Below are positions 1 through 8,230 of a stretch of DNA of 17,146 nucleotides, piece after piece. The stretch is from contig NW_021824951.1 in NCBI RefSeq assembly GCF_006345805.1, forward strand, positions 1 to 17,146, written 5' to 3'. This DNA comes from Octopus sinensis. Its lineage: Eukaryota. The position numbers and the translations under genes were made by a program. The notes under the pieces are model-generated. The model worked only from the letters and a program-made list of their open reading frames with translations. It was not told where the DNA came from and did not search any database. The stretch's first letter is position 1; the number at the start of each line of letters is the position of its first letter.

Positions 1-247
1 ACACACCAGCATCGTTTGTCAAGCAATGCTAGGAGGACAAACACAGGCACACAAACACACACACGCATATATATATATATATACAACGGACTTCTTTCAA
101 TTTCCGTCTACCAAATCCACTCACAAGGCTTTGTTCGGCCCGAGGCTATAGTAGAAGACACTTGCCCAAGGTGCCACGCAGTGGGACTGAACCTGGAACC
201 GTGTAGCTGGTAAACAAGCTACTTACCACACAGCCACTCCTGCGCCT
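1..247 (-). mobile_element. tRNA-derived CORE-type SINE (family A, octopus OR-like); 3' part runs off the left edge of the window
   Basis: Minus strand reads GGCGCAGGAGTGGCTGTGTGGTAAG..., with A-box TGGCTGTGTGG (226-236), B-box GGTTCAGTCCC (183-193), CORE-like CCTTGGGCAAGTGTCTTCTACTATAGCCTCGG and an internal TA/TG microsatellite. Near-identical to 12900-13177. Confidence 0.88.
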
Positions 248-804
248 ATGTTTCAAGATGTTTCAAAAAGAAAATAGAAACTACACGTGGAAAAGATATG
301 GTGAAAGTAAGAAGAAAATAAGCGAAGATGCACATTGAATATAAAAAAACTAAAGACTTTTTTTAATGAAAAGTAGCGATAAATAAATACAATTAGATGA
401 ACTGAGGTAGAATTAAGAAGAATGAAATTCATTATTTTCAATCAAAAAATTCAAAGTCAGACCGGTATCATCATTGCTGTTCACTGGCTTTGAATGTAAA
501 TATATGTATATATATATAATATATATGGAGCTAGCTATGTATGCAGCGCAATTTTGTGTCCCAGTTCTCATACGTATGTGTTGTTAGTTTTAGACCTCAA
601 GTCAGTCCTGGTTACGTGGATCTGTAATTAAAAGGCATTTCACTCATAGCAAGCTTTTATATTTTCATATTTACGATGATAGTTTTCCCTGCACTTTATT
701 TTAAACATCGGGTTGGGATCTGAGAATTTGTGTCCTATTTGTAACTGATCGACCCACAACATTCAGGTACCGTCTTGACACATGTGCTTGTACATGTAAA
801 CCTG

Positions 805-883
<79 letters not shown>

Positions 884-902
884 TATACATATATAATTTA
901 TA

Positions 903-941
<39 letters not shown>

Positions 942-954
942 GATATATATATAT
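805..954. repeat. (TA)n microsatellite
   Basis: About 150 bp of nearly pure TA. Confidence 0.97.
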
Positions 955-1367
955 CTTCCTTTCAGTTTGAACGGCAGTTTTTTCTAGCGGTGTCATATGA
1001 ATTGTCACCCATAATTATGACCCTAGTATCGATCTATTGCATTTCAATCTGTTTTAGAGTTAGGGTTAGAGGTGGGGGGAAGGGTATCCTTTTTCTTCAG
1101 AAATGTAAATAAACCCAATCTGTTTCTTAAACGAGGGACATGTTCATACGGCACAGAATGTTTTCACTTCAATAGACGTCATTGATTGGTTGAAATTGCA
1201 GAAATTGAAGAAAAAACAACGACAAATATCTTACAAACTATAGAATTTTCTCAATACAGCCAAGAGAAAAAGATGTTTTATAAACACATTCTACCAGTAT
1301 ACGAAGTTTAAAGTGTTTAGTTACGTGGAAATTATTTAAAAAAATTGCCGTTCAAACCGAAAAGATC
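955..1367. mobile_element. Non-autonomous DNA transposon / MITE with ~24-bp terminal inverted repeats (superfamily unassigned)
   Basis: TTTCAGTTTGAACGGCAGTTTTTT (960-983) pairs with AAAAAATTGCCGTTCAAACCGAAA (1339-1362) with 2 mismatches. Lies between TA tracts; no ORF. Outer ends uncertain by several bp. Confidence 0.7.
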
Positions 1368-1384
1368 TTATAGAATTATTATTG

Positions 1385-1385
<1 letters not shown>

Positions 1386-1423
<38 letters not shown>
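1386..1423. repeat. (TA)n microsatellite, Helitron target
   Basis: Pure TA run abutting the CTAG end of the Helitron. Confidence 0.95.
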
Positions 1424-1424
<1 letters not shown>

Positions 1425-1822
1425 TAGCAGTATCGCCCGGCGTTGCTCGGGTTTGTAAGGGAAATAACTATATAAGCGTTTTAGAGAGTTGTAGCCAAAA
1501 AAATAGCAAAAAGAATGCATTAAAAATGGAAAAAAAATGATGGTAAATTTTTTTTTTAATCGTTGACTCATCGTAAACATTTTTAGAGAGTTACTTCCCT
1601 TATATAATAGCGAAAAAATGCATTAAAATGGAAACAAATGATGGTAAATTATTTTTAAAATCGTAGACTCATCGTAGACGCGCACTAATACCCAGAAGGG
1701 CTTGATATGAATCACGACTATAAGATACCCGGTTTTGGTTAAACTGCACCGCAAAATGTGGGAGTAGTTAGGAATCTAAATCGTAGGAGACAGACACACA
1801 ACTTGACTTTTATATATAAAGA
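1424..1822 (-). mobile_element. Non-autonomous Helitron (399 bp)
   Basis: On the minus strand: 5' A|TCTTTATATATAAAAG (TC at 1822-1821), GC-rich imperfect hairpin CCCGAGCAACGCCGGG (1451-1436) 8 nt before the terminal CTAG|T (1427-1424). Inserted between A and T with no TSD, the canonical Helitron signature. Confidence 0.82.
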
Positions 1823-1855
1823 TATATACATATATATATGTGTGTGTGTGTAGAG

Positions 1856-1892
<37 letters not shown>
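1823..1892. repeat. Compound (TA)n-(TG)n-(GA)n microsatellite
   Basis: Direct inspection. Confidence 0.95.
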
Positions 1893-1896
<4 letters not shown>

Positions 1897-2412
1897 AAAG
1901 TCTTATGCATAAATTCGATGAAAATGTAATAAGTGAAACTGATTTTCTTTATAATAATCCTGTTCTTGCTGTTTGAGTAATACCCATCCTGGCTTGATTA
2001 ATCGGTTCAACATGGTAGCACAGTAGCGCCGTCTGCATTGTTCTCATTTCTGTTGTCACAAATATGAACTTTATTAATTATTTCTTTTGTTAACGTTTAT
2101 CATACAGGTTGCCTTCCATGTCTTACCAGGCTTTGACATCGTCTTCTTAAAACATTTTCTCTCCTCTGTCCTTTCAAATATGCGATGACAATCCTTCTCT
2201 TCGTCTCTCCAAAACGGTATTCATCTACATCGTTCAGAAATATTCCCCGCCTCCATTGGTCCTTCATGAAGCTGCTGAAATGCAGTGGTTGTATTTCCTG
2301 ATATTGCTGGGTATTCTTTACCTTCGGCTGTCTTCTCAAAGGTCGTCCTTCTCTGTCACCACAAGAACTTCGCCCAAATACCTTCGTTCGTAAAATCCAT
2401 TATAACTTAACC

Positions 2413-2610
2413 CAGTTGTTCCCAAACTATGAGTCGCGACCCACAGATGAGTCGCGAACGGAATCTTAGTGGGTCGCAAAAAGTTATAAAATTACGCATT
2501 AATTTTGATTAACTGCTGTCTATCGAGATAGTTCAGTAGAGTTAAGTGGGTCGTCATAAACTGGTGTGATAAATAGTGGGTCGCGACTCTAAAAAGTTTG
2601 GGAACCACTG
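2413..2610. mobile_element. hAT (Charlie-like) MITE, 198 bp
   Basis: 16-bp TIRs CAGTTGTTCCCAAACT (2413-2428) and AGTTTGGGAACCACTG (2595-2610), 1 mismatch. Degenerate 8-bp TSD ACTTAACC / GCTTAACT (6/8). Subterminal (GG)GTCGCGAC repeats. Confidence 0.85.
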
Positions 2611-2663
2611 GCTTAACTCATTGACTTTGCAGATAACATCCACCTTAGTTTACCATTATTACT

Positions 2664-2896
2664 TATTTCTTTACTACACACAAGGGGCTAAACACAGAGG
2701 GGATAAACAAGGACAGACAAACGGAATTAGTCGATTACATCGACCCCAGTGCGTAACTGGTACTTAATTTATCAACCCCGAAAGGATGAAAGGCAAAGTC
2801 GACCTCGGCGGAATTTGAACCCAGAACGTAACGGCAGACGAAATACGGATATGTATTTTGCCCGGCGTGCTAACGTTTCTGCCAGCTCGCCGCCTT
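2664..2896 (-). mobile_element. tRNA-derived SINE, family B (Meta/MESC-like central domain), full length
   Basis: Minus strand GGCGGCGAGCTGGCAGAAACG...GGTTCAAATTCCGCC (B-box), then GAGGTCGACTTTGCCTTTCATCCTTTCGGGGTTGATAAATTAAGTACCAG and tail ...GTAAAGAAATA. Multiple homologous copies in the window. Superfamily name is from recall. Confidence 0.88.
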
Positions 2897-4282
2897 CATT
2901 TACCATTATTACTGACAAGCTGGTGACTACCTGGGAAGCCCTTTCACCTCATAAATTGACAGAGGCCGCCATTGTTCTGCTATTTGTGCATTACAAGATT
3001 GAGATAGAAGAAAAATATTCATTAAATATTTGAATAACGAATCAAGAATTCTTTAGAAGATAATAATACACCTGAAGCAGGTGCATTATGCCTTAATTAA
3101 AAATGTTTTAGCCCGAAGGCCGCGGCCATGCTGGGGCACTACCTTTTATTTCTTTTCTTTCAAAACTTGCCGGCGTGCTCGCCTTCTCAGCAATTCTAAC
3201 AGCAAAAGATTCATACTGGCTACATTTGTGCCAACATAACGCCCATAAATGTTCCTGAATGTATTACGTGGAGATTCCATCATCATAAGTTTGGCTATTC
3301 CAGGGCAATGACCGTCAATGCAACCCTTTTTTTCAACCCCATTATACACCTGGGAAATCAAGAGAATTCTTCACAATTAAATTATCTAACATCTTCCTGG
3401 ACGGTTTGGTTTCCTGTTTCACCATGTGTAACTTTTTCATCGATTAAATGGCAATTTCTAAATCACCATAACCAGCTGTCAATAGTTGCGAAAGTTTTTG
3501 TCGCCATAAATGCTGAGGTGGCTTAGCAGCCTTACTTTGAAATTCCGCGACGTACGTTGCTTCCACCGGATCGTTGATGGATAAACACATCGTCTCTACT
3601 TCCTCAAGATTTTGTATCTTTTGTAATTTTCACGCCCTTTCTTGTGCCAACAGGTGATGAATAAGAATTTGTGTAAGTATTCTATTTGGAGAGAAACATA
3701 GGTCTGTGCTTAGTCTTACATATATTCAAAATTGTTTGCCTTTTATTTTCACACACTGCAAAATCACTCGCCACCGAAAGAACAGCTTCTAACTTTAGGT
3801 TTCTGGTTAAGAGATAGGGTATTATATATTTCTTTTGATTATTGCTCTCCCTTGAAGACAGAATATGAAAGACAAGACTGGAAGACGCATTGTCATTTAT
3901 ATAGCATTGAAAATTATAGGACAACAGAGATTATGTTGTATTCCGTATGGTGCTTCTACTCATTGTGCCCTGGGCTGCCGTGTTAAGCTAGCATAAGTAA
4001 TATTCAAACTGCAAAAACAGAACTATTGTAAAGAAAATCAATTTCAGTAGATAAATTTTTATCGAATTAATAAAACTTTTACCACGAAAGTGTAATGTCT
4101 ATAATAGAGGAGTGTGATTGAAAATAAGATTGAGGAAGTCATATTTAACAAATTGAATATAGATGGAAAAAAAATAGGGAAAAGGAGTAAAGGAAATCGA
4201 ATAGAAGGCGACTTAGGGCATTGGTTAGGCGTGTATGCAGAATGCCATAAAGGAAGTAAAATTCTTTAGACAGAAGGATTTA

Positions 4283-4506
4283 GGCGGATAGAAACGTTAG
4301 CACGCCGGGCGAAATGCGTAGCCGTATTTCGTTCGCCGTTACGTTCTGAGTTCAAATTCCGCCGAGGTCGACTTTGCCTTTCATCCTTTCGGGGTCGATA
4401 AATAAAGTACCAGTTACGCACCGGGGTCGATGTAATCGACTTAATCCCTTTGTCTGTCCTTGTTTGTCCCCTCTATGTTTAGCCCTTTGTGGGCAGTAAA
4501 GAAATA
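4283..4506 (+). mobile_element. SINE family B, near full length (5' head degenerate)
   Basis: Colinear with 9828-10064; B-box GAGTTCAAATTCC; ends GTAAAGAAATA. Confidence 0.9.
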
Positions 4507-4513
4507 TATATAG

Positions 4514-4709
4514 TTCTTTTTTGCTCACAAGGGGCTAAACATAGAAAGAACAAACAAGGACAGGCAAAGGGATTAAGTCGATTACATCGACCTCAGTGCG
4601 TAACTGGTACTTATTTAATCGACTCCGAAAGGATGAAAGGCAAAGTCGACCTCGGCAGAATTTGAACTCAGAACGTAGCGGCAGACGAAATACCTGTTTT
4701 TTTACTGCC
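4514..4709 (-). mobile_element. SINE family B body lacking the A-box head, preceded by a remnant tail of another unit
   Basis: Reverse complement of the family B body from GGTATTTCGTCTGCCG (4694) to the tail. 4695-4709 reads GGCAGTAAAAAAACA on the minus strand, a degenerate tail (GGCAGTAAAGAAATA). Confidence 0.88.
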
Positions 4710-4710
4710 T

Positions 4711-4995
4711 CTTTTAGTCGAGCAAATCAACCCCAGCACTTATTCTTTGTAAGCTTAGTACGTATTATATCGGTCTCTTTTGCTGAATCGCTAAGTCACG
4801 GAGACGTAAACACACCAGCATCCGTTGTCAAGCGATGGTGCGGTAACAAACACAGACTCACAAACATACACACACCCATGTATATATACGTATAAATACA
4901 CATGTATATATATACGACAAGCTTCTCCCAGTTTCCGTCTACCAAATCCACTCACAAGGCTTTGGTCCGCTCGAGGCTATAGTAGAGGACACTTG
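4711..4995 (-). mobile_element. CORE-type SINE family A, fragment truncated at both ends
   Basis: Colinear with about 12835-13100, including the internal microsatellite. Confidence 0.85.
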
Positions 4996-5306
4996 AGGAT
5001 AGACCTAAATCGCCAGCCATTATAATTTCACCACATAACATCTTGGGTAACTTCAACGTGGTCCCCTATGTTGTATGTATTCAGGCCAGGTCTTGGGTTC
5101 CAGAACACCTTTGTCCATCTCGTCAACAGTTTAAGAGATGCTGTAAAAGGCAGGGAACACCTGCTTTAACGCCTGATTAAAATATGAAGAAAAAAAAAAA
5201 CTGAAAAGCAAAATGGTTTGGTGACCGTGAAAAGCAACAGGGCCGCGGCCCTTAAATTATAAATCAAGTGTTGCATATTTGCAAGGTAAGGGAAACACGA
5301 GGACCT

Positions 5307-5650
5307 AGAGAAGATGATTTAGAGATGATGATGATGAGGATAGGGCGGGAAAGAATGAGGAAGATGGCATGGCGGGGTGGGAATAAGAGAGATGGGATTT
5401 AGAGATTTGTAGATATAGGAAGAGTAAGAGAGAGAGAGAGAGAGGAGGAGGGAGAGGTGAAAGGGAGAAAGTGAGACAGGGAAAAGAAAGAGAGAGGGAG
5501 AGAGAAGGAGCGAGAGAGAGGTGAAAGGGTGACGGTAAGACAGGAAAAGAGAGGGGTGGGAGGTAGTAAGAAGTGAGTGAGAGAGAAATTGAGAAAAGAG
5601 AGAGGGGGAGAGAGGTGGGAGAGAGGGGGAGAGAGGGGGAGAGAGAAAGT
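5307..5650. repeat. Purine-rich (GA/GGA) low-complexity tract
   Basis: Almost all A/G on the + strand. Confidence 0.85.
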
Positions 5651-5702
5651 CGTGTGGCGGGAAAGATATAGCTGTAGAGCAATATTACTCGTTGGAAGGA
5701 GA

Positions 5703-5713
5703 CGTTGTTGTTG

Positions 5714-5751
<38 letters not shown>

Positions 5752-5786
5752 GGCGGTTGTGGTGGCGGTTGCGGCGGCGGTGGCGC
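5703..5786. repeat. Graded trinucleotide tract (GTT)n-(GGT)n-(GCG)n
   Basis: Direct inspection. Confidence 0.92.
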
Positions 5787-5898
5787 TTCCAGATGGTTAC
5801 AAAAGCAACAGCAATGTGATAACGGCAAGAGATAACACTTAATATCTACTTAACATCTACGCATAGGAACCGTGGTAGAGAAAACACGTAACGCCGCC

Positions 5899-5942
5899 AC
5901 CGTCGTCATCATCATCGTCATCATCATCGTCATCATCATCAT

Positions 5943-5989
<47 letters not shown>

Positions 5990-6150
5990 ACAACAACAAC
6001 AACAACAACAACATTGTAATAACAACTAGACTGTTAGAAGAACAAAAAGAACATTATTACAAGTGTGTGAACACCCAGAAAAAAAAAAATCAATTTCAAC
6101 AGCAGCAGCAACAGCAGCAGTAGTAGTAGCAACAGCAGCAGTAGTAGCAG
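5899..6150. repeat. (CAT)n-(CAA)n and (CAG/TAG)n trinucleotide tracts
   Basis: CAT/CAA run at about 5899-6012; CAG/TAG run at about 6098-6150. Confidence 0.92.
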
Positions 6151-6583
6151 TTTAATTGCAGTTGAAACAACAACAAAACATTACCATAAAAACAGAAAAA
6201 TAATCAACTTCAAGTCAGCGAGGGAGGGTTTTACGTGGTTGCTTTGACTGCTAGAAATAACAACCGAATCTCTCCTAATTTGATTGACTTGGAGAAAGAA
6301 AGGTCGCAATAAAGAATGCAGTTCTACGGAGTAGAATAAAGAGGGAATTATCATTGGTAGAGATTCTTTTCATTATTATTATTATTATTATTATCTTAGG
6401 GGGCTGGCTTTGAAGCCGTATACAGAACTGACATGGGCTAAGCAACAACAGAAAGTTTAAACAAAACCCTTGTATTATCATTATATAGGTTTCCTGGTAA
6501 CGGAGCAGGAGAGGAAACCGTCGGTGTTATCCACCCCAGTCTATGACTGGTACCTTATCGACAGAGGAAGGATGATGGCAAAA

Positions 6584-6651
6584 ACTACTACTACTACTAC
6601 TACCACCACCACCACCACCACCACCACCACCACCACCACTACTACTACCAC
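6584..6651. repeat. (CTA)n-(CCA)n-(CTA)n trinucleotide tract
   Basis: Direct inspection. Confidence 0.93.
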
Positions 6652-6667
6652 AATAACCCTTTGCATT

Positions 6668-6777
6668 ATAGGCACAAGGGCTGAAATTTTGGGGGAGGGG
6701 GATAGTCGATTACGTCGATCCCCAGTACTAAATTGGTACTTATTTAATCATATCCTCCTCCACCCCGAAAGGATGAA
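6668..6777 (-). mobile_element. SINE family B variant with a different 3' tail, 5'-truncated
   Basis: Shares TTCATCCTTTCGGGG...TAAGTACCAA...GGGGATCGACGTAATCGAC, but continues CCCCCTCCCCCAAAATTTCAGCCCTTGTGCCTAT instead of the family B tail. Confidence 0.7.
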
Positions 6778-7118
6778 CGGCGTTTTCTGCTCATTTCTGG
6801 GTGACATTGCACACGCTGCGCGTCATCTCGTCCCAGTTCTTCTCCATTTGGAGGTCTGGACTAAACCAGGCCGCTAGCAATTTAAACAGCCCGTCCTTCC
6901 AGCGCCACATAACGCTGTCGAGCAATATGGACCTGTCTTTCCAGTCGAGCTGCAGGCTTACAATCATTTCTTGGTTGCTATTTGCTGTCCATTAGAACGT
7001 TGCAGATCACCTCGGTGTACCTGATACCGGATACTATGACGATGACGTCATCGACTAGCAGGACTTGATATTCTCCCAATTGCCAAGAGGTACCCAGTCA
7101 AGCCTGACATTTAAAAGT
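6778..7118 (-). mobile_element. Decayed L1/Tx1-clade LINE ORF2, RT catalytic region and downstream (3' piece)
   Basis: Minus-strand translation gives VLLVDDVIVIVS (VDDV at 7044-7055, equivalent to the YADD RT motif). After a frameshift it gives LQLDWKD...WRWKDGLFKLLAAWFSPDLQMEKNWDE (6827-6868), matching the Tx1-type 'W.DGP.K.LG.WFGPDL..EKNW' pattern. Contains stops and frameshifts. Confidence 0.78.
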
Positions 7119-7246
7119 TGTTGTGTGGGCGCCCCTAGACGATGAAGTAGGCTAGCCCAATACGTATATATAGATGGAGAAGTCTAGACGTCGAGAGAGA
7201 AGTAGAGTTAAGTTGAGTTGAGATCATCCGAACGTGCGACATTACA
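7119..7246 (+). repeat. TRIM 5' LTR (128 bp)
   Basis: 108/118 aligned identities to the 3' LTR plus a 10-bp tandem-type indel. Termini TGTTGTG/CATTACA; TATA-like TATATATAG inside. Confidence 0.92.
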
Positions 7247-7247
7247 G

Positions 7248-7295
7248 TGGCGACGAGATGAGATTCGAACTCACGCAGGAATAACCCAATGGATT
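7248..7295 (+). other. Primer-binding site, extended antisense copy of mature tRNA-Ser 3' half (CCA to about A37)
   Basis: Reverse complement is AA TCCAT TGGGTTATTCCTGC GTGAG TTCGAAT CTCAT CTCGTC G CCA: anticodon 3' stem, long variable arm, T-arm, acceptor strand, discriminator G and CCA. The acceptor strand matches tRNA-Ser(GCU) (…CCTCGTCG) minus one C. Confidence 0.85.
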
Positions 7296-7466
7296 TATGG
7301 TATGATTTGTTCCAGGTCCCAGAACCACAAGCAAAAGCAGAACCGCCACATAGGTCGAACAGGAAGAGAAAACCTACAGAAATGATGGAAATTTACGCTA
7401 AGAGAAAAAGATATGTCAGTTTCTCACCGAGGAAATAAAATTGATAAATTCGGGTTTAAAAAACTC

Positions 7467-7478
7467 AAAAAAGGGAAG
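7467..7478 (+). other. Polypurine tract (PPT) of the TRIM
   Basis: AAAAAAGGGAAG immediately 5' of the LTR2 TGT. Confidence 0.88.
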
Positions 7479-7596
7479 TGTTGTGTGGACGCCCCCAGAC
7501 GATGAAGTAGGCTAGCCCAATACGTAGATATAGAGGGAGAGGTCTAGACATCGAGAGTGAAGTTGAGTAGAGGTCATCCGAACGTGCGACATAACA
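7479..7596 (+). repeat. TRIM 3' LTR (118 bp)
   Basis: Direct repeat of 7119-7246; ends CATAACA followed by the TSD AAAGT. Confidence 0.92.
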
Positions 7597-8230
7597 AAAG
7601 TAAAGTTCACAGAGCAGGTCATCCAAACCAGGTGATTTATTCGCCTTGTGTTCGGTTTTTCGCAACGCAGCAGGCCATCGAGGTAAGCCCTGAAATCCAT
7701 CCTGCGTTCCGGCCTGCCATTCTTCTTGAACAGTCAAGCAAAATGCTGCTGAAAAGCCGCATATATTTACTTGGGGCTGAGTAACGTGGCCCGTTGTGGT
7801 CAATCGAAACCGTGTTGTGGCTTTGTTGCCATGTCGTATGTCTGCAACTCGGACACATCGACCAGCTTTCGTCCTCACTTTTCAATCACACACCTTAGCT
7901 CTGACATTGAAGAATTGGTCGAAAGCGAATCTCACCGTGGACGCGTCTGTTGCGATGCCTTTCATAAGTGACTCTTCTAAGGTTTCAACACAATTTCCTT
8001 CTATTCTTGCTAAACTTTACTAAAGCCTTTCCCCGAACTCTTCGTTGTTGGTGACTGCTCTGTAACCGCCTGCCTAACTGATTCACCAATCCGCTTTCGT
8101 TAAGCTTGGCACACCGGCGATAAAGCATTTAGTTTCCAGTAAGCGGGTCCCTGACAACGAAGCATATATAAGTCAACCGTAAAGATCGCAAATATGTGGT
8201 CCATGCAGCCGAATACCATACATTGTTGAC
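7597..8230 (-). mobile_element. Decayed L1/Tx1-clade LINE ORF2, end of AP endonuclease to pre-RT region (5' piece)
   Basis: Minus strand: MDH (8196-8204, like the SDH end of the APE domain), GPAYWKLN (8127-8150, the G.G.WKLN motif), DFRAYLDGL and KSPGLDDLLCELYF (7597-7638, the KSPG.DGL..E.Y motif). Multiple frameshifts and stops. Left-right order is consistent with ORF2. Confidence 0.82.

Larger units (their letters stand above)
7119..7596 (+). mobile_element. Complete TRIM (terminal-repeat retrotransposon in miniature), 478 bp, Ty3/Gypsy-like
   Basis: LTR1 7119-7246 and LTR2 7479-7596, both TGT...ACA. PBS TGGCGACGAG 1 nt after LTR1; PPT AAAAAAGGGAAG abutting LTR2; perfect 5-bp TSD AAAGT (7114-7118 and 7597-7601); 232-bp internal region with no long ORF. 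Confidence 0.93.

Noticed and set aside
16-213. Recurrent 'MSSNAR...EAIVEDTCPRCHAVG' ORFs (also 12946, 4825)
   Set aside because: Antisense translation of the family A SINE.
2749-3033. Recurrent 'MRNWYL..RPRKDERQSRPRRNLN' ORFs (also 4596, 9653, 10183)
   Set aside because: Antisense translation of the non-coding family B SINE; the repetition reflects SINE copies.
3732-3986. 84-aa + strand ORF
   Set aside because: No recognisable domain, non-ATG start, length within chance expectation.
5130-5292. Possible exon or enhancer: strong donor-like CAAG|GTAAGG (5285/5286), palindrome GGGCCGCGGCCC and homeobox-like motifs
   Set aside because: Short motifs are expected by chance; no supporting ORF or acceptor; needs conservation or RNA data.
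5577-6123. Poly-Cys/Trp, poly-Ile/Asn/Gln ORFs
   Set aside because: Trinucleotide repeat translations with no flanking coding context.
7119-7246. TRIM LTR as a hammerhead-bearing retrozyme, or as a 5S/tRNA-containing LTR (Cassandra-type)
   Set aside because: No CUGANGA/GAAA core and no 5S or tRNA boxes in the LTR; the tRNA-derived sequence is internal, at the PBS.
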